Below, one piece after another: positions 9,214 through 19,876 of a stretch of 64,000 nucleotides of DNA (its first letter is position 1; every line of letters starts with the position of its first letter). The DNA is from an uncultured Ruminococcus sp. GTDB lineage: Bacteria > Bacillota > Clostridia > Oscillospirales > Ruminococcaceae. The position numbers and the translations under genes were made by a program. The notes beneath the pieces are model-generated. The model worked only from the letters and a program-made list of their open reading frames with translations, had not been told where the DNA came from and did no database searches. The DNA is taken from NCBI GenBank assembly GCA_910577575.1, contig CAJTOG010000005.1, positions 9,188 through 73,187 on the forward strand, read 5' to 3'.

Positions 9214-9249
9214 AAAAAACCCTGCATTCACATAATACTGAATGCAGGG
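9214..9249 (-). terminator. Rho-independent terminator downstream of tRNA-Arg
   Basis: The minus strand reads CCCTGCATTCAgtattatgTGAATGCAGGG followed by TTTTTT. Confidence 0.7.
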
Positions 9250-9255
9250 ACTTCA

Positions 9256-9332
9256 TGGCGTGCCTGGAGGGATTCGAACCCCCGACCTACTGGTTCGTAG
9301 CCAGTCACTCTATCCAGCTGAGCTACAAGCAC
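9256..9332 (-). tRNA. tRNA-Arg (anticodon ACG)
   Basis: The reverse complement GTGCTTGTAGCTCAGCTGGATAGAGTGACTGGCTACGAACCAGTAGGTCGGGGGTTCGAATCCCTCCAGGCACGCCA folds as a cloverleaf. It has a 7-bp acceptor stem, anticodon loop CTACGAA, a GGTTCGAAT T-loop and an encoded CCA. Confidence 0.9.
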
Positions 9333-9466
9333 ATCGTTTCAACAATATATATTATATATCATTTTTTGTAAAAAGTCAAGCTTTTTTTTGTATTTTGTAT
9401 GATTTTCCAATTTTGTCAAAAATAAATGAATATTTTTGTAAATTACAACAATTTCATAAAATTCTA

Positions 9467-9495
9467 TTGACAAATCTGGATTTATATGATATAAT
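9467..9495 (+). promoter_or_regulatory. Consensus sigma-A promoter for tRNA-Lys (TTGACA-17 nt-TATAAT)
   Basis: Exact hexamers with a 17-nt spacer. The -10 element ends 12 nt before the tRNA 5' end. Confidence 0.6.
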
Positions 9496-9507
9496 AATTA
9501 ACGTTGT

Positions 9508-9583
9508 GAGACATTAGCTCAGCCGGTAGAGCATACGCCTTTTAAGCGTAGGGTCGAGGGTTCAAATCCCTCATGTCTCACCA
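9508..9583 (+). tRNA. tRNA-Lys (anticodon TTT)
   Basis: GAGACATTAGCTCAGCCGGTAGAGCATACGCCTTTTAAGCGTAGGGTCGAGGGTTCAAATCCCTCATGTCTCACCA. The acceptor stem GAGACAT/ATGTCTC pairs, the anticodon loop is CTTTTAA, and CCA is encoded. Confidence 0.9.
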
Positions 9584-9611
9584 TTTTTTATTTTTTCAAA
9601 AAATCAAAAAC

Positions 9612-9647
9612 AAAAGACTGTCTGATAAAAGGCAGTCTTTTGTTTTT
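9612..9647. terminator. Bidirectional rho-independent terminator shared by tRNA-Lys (+) and glgA (-)
   Basis: AAAAGACTG...CAGTCTTTT stem with T-runs flanking it on both strands. Confidence 0.7.
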
Positions 9648-11066
9648 TTATTCATTAATCAATTCTTTAAAAATCTTGATATAGTCATCTGCTGAATTAT
9701 TCCAGCCAAAATCGCAGCTCATGGACCTGACAATAAGTTCATTCCAGCGGGGTTTATTGTAATAATCCCGTTTTGCACGATATACAGCATTAAGCATATC
9801 GTCAGCATCATATGTTTTAAAAGTAAAACCGTTGCCGTATTCTCCTCCGTTATCCCTCACCGTGTCACGCAGACCACCTGTTTCATGTACAATCGGCGGA
9901 GTACCATATCTCATGGAAATCATCTGTGCAAGTCCGCAGGGTTCTGTCTGTGAAGGCATAAGAAACATATCTGCACCGGCATAAATCTTATGAGAAAGTT
10001 CCGGGAAAAAACCAGTAGTCATAGATACTCTTTCGGGATAACGTTTAGCCATTTCAAAAAAGAAATCCTCATAAATTTTTTCACCGCTTCCAAGTATGGC
10101 AAACTTCATACCGTTTCTTATTATTTCTTCAAAAACACTTCGTATAAGTTCAATTCCCTTATGTTTTACAAGTCTTGAAACAATGCCGATAACAGGTGCA
10201 TTATCAGCATCAAAGCCAAGTTCGTTCAATAACCCATTCCTGCATTTCATCTTTCCTGAAATATCATCTTTTGAATAATGCCAGTCTATAAACTCATCTT
10301 TTTCAGGATTATAAAAATCCATGTCAATTCCGTTCAGAATACCTTTCAGTTTATGCTGTTTTGTGATAAGTATCCTGTCAAGACCATATGCATACCATGG
10401 GTCAAGAATTTCATTGGCATAGCTTGGCGAAACGGTAATAATTCTGTCAGCCGTTTCTATGGCACCTTTCATAAGGTTTATATATCCGTCGTATTCAACA
10501 AGCCCGGAATGATATGAAGGAATCCCCATAAGTTCATTAAGTACTTCAATGCCATATCTTCCCTGATATTCAATATTATGAATTGTAAAAACAGTTCTGA
10601 TATTACTATAACCCTGCTGATATTTATAATAAACCTGATAATAAACAGGTATTAGAGCAGTCTGCCAGTCATTGCAGCTTATAACATCAGGCTTAAAATC
10701 TATGTGCCTGAGCATTTCGAGAACTGCTCTGCTGAAAAATACAAAGCGTTCACAATCGTCATAAAATCCATAAAGACCGTCTCTGTTGAAATAGTATTCA
10801 TTATCAATAAAGAAATATGTAACGCCATTTTTTTCAGCAGTATATATTCCGCAGTACTGTTTTCGCCATGAAACATCAACAGTTATATTTGTCAAAAAAT
10901 TCATATATTTACGGAGTTCAGGATTAATATCTTTATAAAGTGGAATGACAACAGCACAATTATTTCCTTTTTCGCTTATTACTTTTGGCAGTGTACCGGC
11001 AACATCAGCAAGACCACCGGAGGCTGCATATGGCACAGCCTCACTGGCAGCAAAAAGTATATTCAT
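9648..11066 (-). CDS. glgA: Glycogen synthase (ADP-glucose type)
   Basis: MNILFAASEAVPYAASGGLADV N-terminus (KxGGL motif). GT5/GT1 layout. Start chosen at 11066. Confidence 0.9.
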   Translation of the reverse strand: MNILFAASEAVPYAASGGLADVAGTLPKVISEKGNNCAVVIPLYKDINPELRKYMNFLTNITVDVSWRKQYCGIYTAEKNGVTYFFIDNEYYFNRDGLYGFYDDCERFVFFSRAVLEMLRHIDFKPDVISCNDWQTALIPVYYQVYYKYQQGYSNIRTVFTIHNIEYQGRYGIEVLNELMGIPSYHSGLVEYDGYINLMKGAIETADRIITVSPSYANEILDPWYAYGLDRILITKQHKLKGILNGIDMDFYNPEKDEFIDWHYSKDDISGKMKCRNGLLNELGFDADNAPVIGIVSRLVKHKGIELIRSVFEEIIRNGMKFAILGSGEKIYEDFFFEMAKRYPERVSMTTGFFPELSHKIYAGADMFLMPSQTEPCGLAQMISMRYGTPPIVHETGGLRDTVRDNGGEYGNGFTFKTYDADDMLNAVYRAKRDYYNKPRWNELIVRSMSCDFGWNNSADDYIKIFKELINE

Positions 11067-11091
11067 AAAATCGCTACCTTTCGTCAAGTGG

Positions 11092-12216
11092 TCATATTTT
11101 GCTGTTTTTATCTACATAAAACGGACAATTTTTTGTACCTGTCAGTACTCCTTCATCACTTACTTCAACATTCTTATCCATAATCACTGAAGATATACTG
11201 CAATTGTTTCCGATTTTAGTACCCTGCATAATAATGGAATCCTTAACAACCGTATCCTTACCGATTTTAACGCCTCTGAATATAATTGAATTTTCAACAG
11301 TACCCTCAACGATACAGCCATCAGCAATAAGTGAATTCTTGATATTTGATTCAAGACCATAAAGTGCAGGGGCATTGTCGCCTACCTTCGTGAATACAGG
11401 CATATTTTTCTTAAAGAGAGAATTTCTTGTTTCAGTATCAAGAAGCATCATATTTGCATGATAATAATTATCCTTGCTGTCTATACGCACAAAGAAATCC
11501 TTATGCTCATAACCCATAATTTTATATTCACTGTTCTTATTTTGAAGAATTTCTCTTGTAAAGCTGTAAAGATTTCTGCTTGATGCATCAAAAACAATTT
11601 TCCTTAAGAAGTCCTTATTTATAATAAGCATATCAAGCCACTGATTGCATTCTCCTGAAATCTGCGGAGCAACAAGAACATCATTGATAGTATTATCGTC
11701 TCCGAATTCAAGAATTGTTGAACATTTGTCCTTTTCGCAGTCATAATGGCTTTTTTTGTAGATAAGGGTAATATCAGCTCCCGTTTCCTGATGCTGACGA
11801 AGTACAGGATTGAAGTCGATAGTAGTAACAACATCACAGTTTGAAAGAATTACATACTGAGCCTTTGAATGCTCAACAAATCCCCACATATTGCTGAGTG
11901 CGTCAAGCCTACCCTTATAAATTCCGCCTGTCTGACTGTAAGGCGGAAGAAGATGCATACCGCCTTTTTTACGTGCCAAATCCCAGTCTCTTCCTGAACC
12001 GAGATGGTCAAGAAGTGAACCATAGTTTGATTTGGTAATTACACCTACTTCAGTAATACCCGAATTAACGAAATTTGAAAGCGGAAAATCAATAAGCCTG
12101 TAACGACCGCCGAAAGGAATTGACCCCATTGTTCTCTGTTTTGTAAGCTCGCTGACATATGAGTCATGCATACTTGCAAAAATCAGACCTAATACATTAT
12201 AATTAACACTGCTCAT
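11092..12216 (-). CDS. glgD: Glucose-1-phosphate adenylyltransferase, GlgD regulatory subunit
   Basis: Paralogue of GlgC ([19 protein letters not shown]-terminal left-handed beta-helix) that lacks the GGxGxRL activator-loop start. In the typical Firmicute glgC-glgD position. Confidence 0.8.
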   Translation of the reverse strand: MSSVNYNVLGLIFASMHDSYVSELTKQRTMGSIPFGGRYRLIDFPLSNFVNSGITEVGVITKSNYGSLLDHLGSGRDWDLARKKGGMHLLPPYSQTGGIYKGRLDALSNMWGFVEHSKAQYVILSNCDVVTTIDFNPVLRQHQETGADITLIYKKSHYDCEKDKCSTILEFGDDNTINDVLVAPQISGECNQWLDMLIINKDFLRKIVFDASSRNLYSFTREILQNKNSEYKIMGYEHKDFFVRIDSKDNYYHANMMLLDTETRNSLFKKNMPVFTKVGDNAPALYGLESNIKNSLIADGCIVEGTVENSIIFRGVKIGKDTVVKDSIIMQGTKIGNNCSISSVIMDKNVEVSDEGVLTGTKNCPFYVDKNSKI

Positions 12217-12231
12217 ATTTGTGATACCTCC

Positions 12232-13458
12232 TCAGATATTTTCCCCGATAATCTGTTTAGGCTCAACAGACTTACCGCCTGATACTGTTACATTATGACC
12301 GACAACCGCAATGCCCCAGTCATCTCTGTTTTCAACCTGTTCAGGACTCTTTCCTATATGCACACCGCCCTCAATAACACAGTCGCTTCCTACAATTGAA
12401 TATTCAACAACTGCACCTGATTTTATAACAGTACCCGGCATAACAATACTGTAATCCACTGTTGCGCCTTCCTCAACCGTAACACCGTCAAACAGAATTG
12501 AAAAATCAACAGAACCATCAACAGAACTTCCCTCTGCAATCATGGAATTTTCAACCCGTGCATTGCTGCCTATATACTGTGGCGGCATATAATTGCTTCT
12601 TGAATAGATTTTCCAGCTTGGGTCATATAAATCAAGTGGAACACTCGGACTGAGCAAATCCATATTAGCTTCCCAGAGAGAATCAAGAGTACCGACATCC
12701 TTCCAGTATCCTTCAAATTCGTAAGCAAAAAGTCTCTGCTTATCACGAAGCATAGAAGTAATAATATCTTTTCCGAAATCCTTAGACCATTTTTCTCCTC
12801 TATCACGCTTTGCATTTGCATCATTTTCATTTTCGATAAGATACTTTTCAAGTTTTTTCCAACTGAATACATAAATACCCATTGATGCAAGCGTTGACTT
12901 CGGTTCTTTCGGTTTTTCAACAAAATCAATAACTTTATTCTGCTCGTCGCAAATCATTATACCGAAACGTGAAGCCTCAGCAAGCGGAACATCAATAACC
13001 GAAATTGTACAGTCTGCATCATTTGCAATGTGGAAATCGACCATTTTTGAATAGTCCATTTTATAGATATGGTCACCGCCGAGAACAACTACATATTCAG
13101 GGTCATAACGTCTGATGAAATTCATATTTTGATAGATGGCATTTGCAGTACCCTCGTACCATGAAGCTCCTGCCTGTGATTCATAAGGCGGAAGGACGTG
13201 AACACCGCCGTTCATTTTATCCAAATCCCACGGCTGACCGTTTCCTATATATTCATTAAGAACAAGCGGCTGATACTGTGTAAGCACACCAACTGTATCA
13301 ATTCCGGAATTGGTACAGTTTGAAAGCGGAAAATCAATAAGACGATACTTACCGCCATAAGGAACAGCAGGTTTTGCTACATTTTTAGTAAGAGCATAGA
13401 GTCTGCTTCCCTGACCGCCGGCAAGCAGCATTGCTACAACGTTTTTCTTAGTGTACAT
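12232..13458 (-). CDS. glgC: Glucose-1-phosphate adenylyltransferase
   Basis: [37 protein letters not shown] and the FVEKP motif. Confidence 0.9.
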   Translation of the reverse strand: MYTKKNVVAMLLAGGQGSRLYALTKNVAKPAVPYGGKYRLIDFPLSNCTNSGIDTVGVLTQYQPLVLNEYIGNGQPWDLDKMNGGVHVLPPYESQAGASWYEGTANAIYQNMNFIRRYDPEYVVVLGGDHIYKMDYSKMVDFHIANDADCTISVIDVPLAEASRFGIMICDEQNKVIDFVEKPKEPKSTLASMGIYVFSWKKLEKYLIENENDANAKRDRGEKWSKDFGKDIITSMLRDKQRLFAYEFEGYWKDVGTLDSLWEANMDLLSPSVPLDLYDPSWKIYSRSNYMPPQYIGSNARVENSMIAEGSSVDGSVDFSILFDGVTVEEGATVDYSIVMPGTVIKSGAVVEYSIVGSDCVIEGGVHIGKSPEQVENRDDWGIAVVGHNVTVSGGKSVEPKQIIGENI

Positions 13459-13492
13459 AAATATTCCTCCTGATATTTAGTTAAATCTAATT

Positions 13493-15481
13493 TTATTCTT
13501 CAACAGAGTTTTTCTTTTTTCTTATTGTAGTTCTGGTTTTTTTTACTGAATTTTCAGCAGCATCTTCTAATTTTTCATTCTTTTTCTTAGAAACATTTAT
13601 TTTGAGATACATAACAGAAAGCGGAGCAATAGTCATTGAAATACTATTTTCAAATCCATGCATCGGTTCTTTTTCTGACTTATAAGACTTTGCGGAAGCT
13701 CCTTTCCCTCCAAATTCCGGTGCATCAGTATTGAATACAACTTTGTATGTTCCTTTTTTGGGAATTCCGATACGGTAATTTTCACGCTGTACGGGAACAA
13801 AATTGCATACAGCAATAATTTCATCGCCGTTATCGTCAATACGTCTGAAAGCTATAACACTCTGCTTGTTATCATCATTTGAAATCCAGCTGAAACCACT
13901 CCACGAATCATCGTTCTGCCATAACGGTGAATTTTCAGAATAGAATTTATTAAGCTTTTCAGAAAATTTAAGCATAGTTACGTGTTCTTCAATTTCAAGC
14001 AATCCCCAGTCAAGCTGAGTCTGATAATTCCATTCATTCTTCTGTGCAAATTCCTGTCCCATAAAAAGAAGCTTTTTCCCCGGATGAGCCATCATATAAG
14101 CAAGAAAAGCACGGTATGAAGAAAATTTATCACCTTCCAAACCAGGCATCTTGTTAATCATGGAACATTTTCCGTAAACTACTTCATCATGAGAAATAGG
14201 CAGGATATAGTTCTCTGAAAAAGCATAAAAGAAAGAGAAAGTCAGCTTGTCATGATTGAATGAACGATAAATAGGGTCAAGGGACATATAACTGAGCATA
14301 TCGTTCATCCAACCCATATTCCACTTGAAATTAAAGCCCAGACCTCCGATATTGGTAGGTTTGGTAACCAAAGGCCATGCAGTTGATTCCTCTGCAATCA
14401 TGAGTGCATAAGGATGTTTTGAAAATATAGCTTCATTGAGTCTTTTAAGAAATTCAACAGCTTCAAGATTTTCATTTCCTCCGTTGATGTTTGCAACCCA
14501 TTCGCCGTCACGCCTGTCATAATCAAGATAAAGCATAGAAGCCACAGCATCAACCCTGAGACCGTCAACGTGCATTTCAGTAAACCAATAATTTGCACTT
14601 GAAATAAGGAAAGAACATACTTCAGCTTTACCATAGTCAAAAACATGAGTACCCCATGCTTTATGTTCCTTCTTGCGATTATCTGTATATTCATAACAGC
14701 AAGTACCGTCAAATTCATACAAACCGGAAGCATCCTTTGGAAAATGAGCAGGAACCCAGTCAAGAATAACGCCTATTCCTGCTTCGTGGAGCATATCAAC
14801 CATACGCCGGAAATCGTCCGGAGTTCCATAACGTGAAGTCGGTGCGAAATATCCCGTCACCTGATAACCCCATGAACCGTCATACGGAAACTCTGTAAGC
14901 GGCATGAATTCAATATGTGTATATGACATCTTTTTAAGATAAGGAATTATTTCTCTTGCAAAATTTATGTAAGAAATAAAAACATTTTCTTCACCGCTAT
15001 TTTTCCATGAATTGAGGTGAACTTCGTAAACATTTACAGGACTTTTATAAATTGTCCTGTTTTTCTTTGATTCAAACCACTCAGCATCATTCCACTCATA
15101 ACTGCTTTCATAAATTTTTGAAGCAGTACCGGGACGTGTTTCAAAATGCGGAGCATACGGGTCTGATTTGTTAAAAATTCTTCCATCCTTTGACTCGATA
15201 CTGTATTTATAGATATCGAACTGTTCAAGCTTTGAAATTTCTGTTTCCCATATACCATCTGAAATCAGTTTCATAGGATTCTTTTCACGTTTCCACTCGT
15301 TGAAATCTCCTACAACCGAAACGCTTACGGCATTAGGAGCCCATACTCTGAAAGTAAAAACCTTACTTCTTCCTTTTTTTCTTGAATGTACACCAAAGAA
15401 TTTCCATGCTTCATAATTTTTACCCTGATAGAAAAGGTAAAGCGGAAAATCATTGGGATTATTATTTTTATCGACTGACAT
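13493..15481 (-). CDS. glgB: 1,4-alpha-glucan branching enzyme (GH13)
   Basis: GH13 motifs DWVPAHF, GLRVDAVASM, MIAEEST and ISHDEV, plus the N-terminal CBM48-like FRVWAPNA. Confidence 0.9.
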   Translation of the reverse strand: MSVDKNNNPNDFPLYLFYQGKNYEAWKFFGVHSRKKGRSKVFTFRVWAPNAVSVSVVGDFNEWKREKNPMKLISDGIWETEISKLEQFDIYKYSIESKDGRIFNKSDPYAPHFETRPGTASKIYESSYEWNDAEWFESKKNRTIYKSPVNVYEVHLNSWKNSGEENVFISYINFAREIIPYLKKMSYTHIEFMPLTEFPYDGSWGYQVTGYFAPTSRYGTPDDFRRMVDMLHEAGIGVILDWVPAHFPKDASGLYEFDGTCCYEYTDNRKKEHKAWGTHVFDYGKAEVCSFLISSANYWFTEMHVDGLRVDAVASMLYLDYDRRDGEWVANINGGNENLEAVEFLKRLNEAIFSKHPYALMIAEESTAWPLVTKPTNIGGLGFNFKWNMGWMNDMLSYMSLDPIYRSFNHDKLTFSFFYAFSENYILPISHDEVVYGKCSMINKMPGLEGDKFSSYRAFLAYMMAHPGKKLLFMGQEFAQKNEWNYQTQLDWGLLEIEEHVTMLKFSEKLNKFYSENSPLWQNDDSWSGFSWISNDDNKQSVIAFRRIDDNGDEIIAVCNFVPVQRENYRIGIPKKGTYKVVFNTDAPEFGGKGASAKSYKSEKEPMHGFENSISMTIAPLSVMYLKINVSKKKNEKLEDAAENSVKKTRTTIRKKKNSVEE

Positions 15482-15505
15482 AATACAGCCCCCTTTGCTA
15501 TATAT

Positions 15506-15534
15506 ATTGTAGCAGAAATTGGAAAATTATTCAA
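15506..15534 (-). promoter_or_regulatory. Candidate promoter of the glg operon (TTGAAT-17 nt-TACAAT with TGn extension)
   Basis: The minus strand reads TTGAATaattttccaatttcTGcTACAAT, about 25 nt upstream of the glgB ATG. Confidence 0.4.
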
Positions 15535-15712
15535 GTATTTCTGCAAATATGTACAAAATTTCAGACAAAGCTATAAATATTACCGACTTTTTTTATGCAA
15601 CTTGCCAAAGGCCTTTATCGGAGTATAAATAAATCATTATCTATTTGTACTTACAAACAATGTTTTTAAGTTAAATTCAGTAATCATTTTTACAATTGTT
15701 CATATGTTGTTT

Positions 15713-17911
15713 TTATTTTTCAGATGGATTTATTTTTATACCGATTACAGTAATATCATCTGAATGAAGTGTGGGATTGAAACTGTCTGCTTTTGAAGCA
15801 ATTTCACGGACAATTTCATTTACACTGTCCATCTGCAAAATACATTCTTTTGCGAAAAGATATTCATTTTCACTTATTCCGTCCGAAAACATTATAATTA
15901 TATCGCCTTCATCAAGTTCATATTCAGATACTGATATTTCAGCCTGTTTTGTAATTCCTATCGGGAAAGTCGGAGATGATATTTTTATAATTTCATCACC
16001 TTTTTTAATAATAGTTGCGGCAGCTCCGGATTTTATTGAAGTCATACAGCAGTTATCCAGATTGATTTTTATTGCATCAAGAGTTGCGAACGATTCTTCA
16101 CGGGATTTCGTCACCATGACTGAATTAATCAGCCTTACAGCTGATTCACATTCCATTCCTCCGCATATAAGCCGCCTGAACATTCCTATAACCATATGCG
16201 AATCAACAGCCGCACTTTTTCCGCTGCCCATTCCGTCCGATATAACAATATATCCTGTTCCTGTACCATCATAGAAAACTGAAAATGTATCTCCGCTAAT
16301 ATCAGATGACGAAGCACAAAGGGAAGCTGAATAAACCTCAATTTCATAGGGCGGATTCTCATAAAGGCTTATTCTCATTTCCTTTACTGAACTTACAGGC
16401 AAAGCAGCCGAAAGTTTCATTTCAAGTTCGTCTGAAACAAGGTCGAGGATTCTTGTTCTGCTTTCAGGAATTTCACTCAAGGCAAAATAAATTTCAGCAA
16501 TAAGACGATTTGCAGAATTATAGTAAGCTGTAACATTTTCAGGTGTCATACCATGAGATTCAAGTTTTCCCGCAATCTGTCTGCTCATTGCCCTTGAATA
16601 CCGTATATCCGGCTTTTCACCTGAAAAACGTACTATTTCACCCATAATTTTAAGCTGTTCATTCATAAGCTCACGCTCCTCTGAAAATCTCAGGCTCATA
16701 AGCTGTTCGGCAGTACGGCTTCTCAGATTTTTTTCAAGCTCATCTGCAATATCTTTCTTTTTTACACAGCTTTCAGGCAGAATGGGTATCATTTCACCGG
16801 CGATTTCAGTTTCAAACTGACTACATATACTGCGTCTGTAGCATCTGCTGCAAATCTTTTTTTTAGGTGATGAAGTTTTCTTTGTATTCTTTTTCGTTAC
16901 CGCCAGAGCAGCAGAAATTTTTGCTGAATCAAGTCTTACGGCTTCTATTGCATCAGAAAGAAAATTCATTCTTATATTGCTTATATCAGGAGACTCAGCC
17001 TGTTTTTCTCCGCCGACAGATACCCATTTATCAGAATAATAAGGTGCGGCAATTACAAAAATTGCTGCTCCGCACACAGTACTTAAAGTAAGCTCTGCAC
17101 TTCCGGAAGCTCCTGTTAAAACAGTAAGCATAAAACAGGCAAGAGAAAAGAACACTGCCGTCAAAAAAATTTTTCTGTATCTGAAAAAACCTGTAAGCAA
17201 TCCGGCAGCAGGAAGCATTGCCGCAATAATTCCGATTTCAGGAGATACAAGAAAAGCTCCGCACGCTGAAAGTGCACCGCATATTATTCCGCCGGCACTA
17301 TGATAGTAAAATGCTGCCATGAGAGTAATTCCCGAACCGATAACTATTCCGGGATTAATAATATCCAATTCCATTGAACAAAGCGAGGCCATATATACAA
17401 TATATACTATTGAATATGCACATCCCGAAAAACCACTTAAATTAATTACTTTCTGATTCCCTAAACTTAGTATGAGTTCAGCGGCTGAATATGAAGTAAA
17501 CCCGGCTATCATACCATATAAGGCATAAAACATCAGCTTCTGCGGAAATTCATTTATTAATAAAGATACAGCTGCTCCCGCAATTATTACAGCTACTGAT
17601 GTTATTATTCCGCATATTTTTGGATTATTGCTTTTCTCAAAAAACATTTTTGCTATAACAATAACTGACATGGCAGCAAGTTTTATAATACTCCGCCCTA
17701 TTGAATCAGTCAAAACACACCTCACTATTCCTCCGGCAAAAACTGCCGCTGAAAACGGAAGACTAAGTGAACCTGCAAGTGATATATCAACAAAAGATGC
17801 TACTCCTGCAATACTTGAACCCGAAAAAATAAATCCTCCTAAAAATGAAAATAGAAAACCTGTACTTATTTTTAATGCATTATTTTGTTTTAATTTTTCT
17901 GCTTTAATCAT
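15713..17911 (-). CDS. spoIIE: Stage II sporulation protein E (membrane PP2C phosphatase)
   Basis: About 300 aa of multi-TM N-terminus, a central regulatory region, and a C-terminal PP2C domain (GDTFSVF...ISDGMGSG...MFSDG). Confidence 0.8.
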   Translation of the reverse strand: MIKAEKLKQNNALKISTGFLFSFLGGFIFSGSSIAGVASFVDISLAGSLSLPFSAAVFAGGIVRCVLTDSIGRSIIKLAAMSVIVIAKMFFEKSNNPKICGIITSVAVIIAGAAVSLLINEFPQKLMFYALYGMIAGFTSYSAAELILSLGNQKVINLSGFSGCAYSIVYIVYMASLCSMELDIINPGIVIGSGITLMAAFYYHSAGGIICGALSACGAFLVSPEIGIIAAMLPAAGLLTGFFRYRKIFLTAVFFSLACFMLTVLTGASGSAELTLSTVCGAAIFVIAAPYYSDKWVSVGGEKQAESPDISNIRMNFLSDAIEAVRLDSAKISAALAVTKKNTKKTSSPKKKICSRCYRRSICSQFETEIAGEMIPILPESCVKKKDIADELEKNLRSRTAEQLMSLRFSEERELMNEQLKIMGEIVRFSGEKPDIRYSRAMSRQIAGKLESHGMTPENVTAYYNSANRLIAEIYFALSEIPESRTRILDLVSDELEMKLSAALPVSSVKEMRISLYENPPYEIEVYSASLCASSSDISGDTFSVFYDGTGTGYIVISDGMGSGKSAAVDSHMVIGMFRRLICGGMECESAVRLINSVMVTKSREESFATLDAIKINLDNCCMTSIKSGAAATIIKKGDEIIKISSPTFPIGITKQAEISVSEYELDEGDIIIMFSDGISENEYLFAKECILQMDSVNEIVREIASKADSFNPTLHSDDITVIGIKINPSEK

Positions 17912-18151
17912 TCTGCATCACCCCGACTTATATTATATCATATAAAAAACGCATATTTTGTCGGAATAACAACATAAAAAAAATTATATAATAAAACAAA
18001 TTTTATTTTATATTTTAAGTAATTTTTTCAATAATTCCAATTACAAGAACACTAAAAAGGTTCTTATGAACTCTATTTGTATTCTAAAAAACCATATAGA
18101 AATTCATCTGACAACACAGCATAATATTATATAGACGGATTTTTTGGAATA

Positions 18152-18180
18152 TTGACAAAATCCGATTAATAATATATAAT
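18152..18180 (+). promoter_or_regulatory. Consensus sigma-A promoter (TTGACA-17 nt-TATAAT) for the flotillin gene
   Basis: Exact hexamers at 18152-18157 and 18175-18180. Confidence 0.6.
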
Positions 18181-18226
18181 AATGTCATCATCGGTGAAGT
18201 TTACATGATATGGAGGATTTTTTTGT

Positions 18227-19693
18227 ATGAATACAACTGTTATCCCTGTTTTGCTTATTATCAGCGGAATCATTTTATTTATAATTATCATGGCCATAGG
18301 CTATATAAAAGCTCCGCCGGATACAGCTTACATAATTTCAGGGTTACGACGGAAAATAATTATTGGCAGAGCAAGCATACGCATTCCGTTTTTTGAACGT
18401 GTTGACAAGCTGAAGTTACAGCTTATTGCTGTAGATGTCAAAACATCAAGTGCAGTTCCTACTGCTGACTATATCAATATTAATGTTGACGCAAATGTCA
18501 ACGTAAAAGTCAGCAGTGACCCCATACTTATCAAGCTCGGTGCTGAAAACTTCCTAAACAAAGAACCTGCATACATAGCAAAAGTCGCAAGGGAAGTACT
18601 TGAAGGAAATATGCGTGAGATTGTCGGTCAGATGTCACTCGAAGCAATGGTAAATGACAGAAAAGCCTTTGCCGAAAAGGTTCAGGAAAATGCAGCTCCC
18701 GACTTAAACAGAATGGGACTTGAAATAGTTTCATTTAATGTACAGAATTTTACTGACGACCAGAGTCTTATCGAAAATCTTGGTATTGACAATACTACTA
18801 AAATTCAGAAAAAAGCTGCGATTGCCAAGGCTGAATCCGAAAAGGAGATAGAAATTGCCAAGGCACAGGCTAAAAAGGAAGCCAATGATGCAAAGGTACT
18901 TGCTGAAACGGAAATAGCCCAGAAAAACAATGAACTTGCAATTCGACAAGCTGAACTCAAAAAAGAAGCCGATACCCAGATGGCTATTGCTGACGCTGCT
19001 TATGAAATCCAAAAAGAAGAACAGCGAAAGACTATTGAAATTTCAAAGGCCAATGCAAATATTGCAGCATCAGAAAAAGATGTTGAACTCAAAACAAAAG
19101 AAGCAGCCGTAATGGAACAGGCTCTTGATGCTGAAATCAAGAAAAAAGCAGAGGCTGAACGCTACAGAGCCCAGCAGACAGCCGATGCAAAACTATATCA
19201 GATTAAAAAAGAAGCTGAAGCAGACCGTTTCCAGCGTGAACAGGAGGCTGAAGCACAAAAAGCAGAGGCTGAAGCTCAGAAATATGCAAAAATGCAGGAA
19301 GCTGAAGGTATTGCAGCAGTCGGTCAAGCTGAAGCTGATGCAATACGTGCAAAAGGTCTGGCTGAAGCCGAAGGTATTAACGCAAAAGCTGAAGCCATGA
19401 AAAAATACGGTGAAGCTGCCGTGCTTGAAATGTACTTTAAAGCACTTCCTGATATTGTTAAAAATGCAGCCGCTCCGCTTGAAAATGTCGATAGGATTAC
19501 CATGTATGGCGACGGTAATTCAAGCCGTATGGTAGGAGATATTATAAGTTCAACCACTAAAATTACCGATGGTCTTTCGGAAGCTACAGGCGTTAATATA
19601 CGTGCTGTTCTTTCAGGATTTTTAAACTCAAAGACGAATCCGAACAATGAACCCGTCCCAAAAAATTTTGAGGAAATACCAGCAGAAGATTAA
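18227..19693 (+). CDS. Flotillin-family SPFH protein (FloT/YuaG-like)
   Basis: N-terminal hairpin TM, then an SPFH domain (YIKAPPDTAYIISG...), then a long Ala/Glu-rich coiled-coil flotillin repeat region. Confidence 0.85.
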   Translation: MNTTVIPVLLIISGIILFIIIMAIGYIKAPPDTAYIISGLRRKIIIGRASIRIPFFERVDKLKLQLIAVDVKTSSAVPTADYININVDANVNVKVSSDPILIKLGAENFLNKEPAYIAKVAREVLEGNMREIVGQMSLEAMVNDRKAFAEKVQENAAPDLNRMGLEIVSFNVQNFTDDQSLIENLGIDNTTKIQKKAAIAKAESEKEIEIAKAQAKKEANDAKVLAETEIAQKNNELAIRQAELKKEADTQMAIADAAYEIQKEEQRKTIEISKANANIAASEKDVELKTKEAAVMEQALDAEIKKKAEAERYRAQQTADAKLYQIKKEAEADRFQREQEAEAQKAEAEAQKYAKMQEAEGIAAVGQAEADAIRAKGLAEAEGINAKAEAMKKYGEAAVLEMYFKALPDIVKNAAAPLENVDRITMYGDGNSSRMVGDIISSTTKITDGLSEATGVNIRAVLSGFLNSKTNPNNEPVPKNFEEIPAED

Positions 19694-19730
19694 TTAAAGA
19701 TATACATTATTAAAATATGTTAAGAAACAG

Positions 19731-19756
19731 ACGGACAGTTTTTTGCGACTGTCCGT
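19731..19756 (+). terminator. Hairpin terminator after the flotillin gene
   Basis: ACGGACAGT...ACTGTCCGT 9-bp stem followed by a moderately T-rich tract. Confidence 0.45.
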
Positions 19757-19807
19757 TTCATAATATTTCTTTTCTGTATTTTTATACAGATAAATTTTTT
19801 ATTTGCA

Positions 19808-19836
19808 TTGACAATATGAGATTTTTACTGTATAAT
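19808..19836 (+). promoter_or_regulatory. Consensus sigma-A promoter (TTGACA-17 nt-TATAAT) for the phosphofructokinase gene
   Basis: Exact hexamers at 19808-19813 and 19831-19836. Confidence 0.6.
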
Positions 19837-19876
19837 TAAATATGGTATTTACTAAAAAAGTTCGGGAGGAAATTTT

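Noticed and set aside
9256-9583. tRNA-Arg/tRNA-Lys pair considered as a possible integration hotspot for a genomic island
   Set aside because: There is no integrase, no direct repeat of the tRNA 3' end, and no compositional break visible by eye. The flanking polyamine and glycogen operons are core metabolism.
15771-16274. 167-aa plus-strand ORF inside spoIIE
   Set aside because: It is antisense to the PP2C domain of SpoIIE. Its Ser/Ile-rich translation is typical of a reverse-frame artefact.
17959-17965. TGTCGGA, a one-mismatch Spo0A-box-like heptamer about 50 nt upstream of spoIIE
   Set aside because: It is a single, imperfect 7-mer in AT-rich DNA, which is below any meaningful significance. 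It is kept only as a note.
18930-19647. Alternative-frame and antisense ORFs within the flotillin gene
   Set aside because: They arise from the repetitive GAA/GCT (Glu/Ala) coiled-coil coding region. The flotillin frame explains the sequence.
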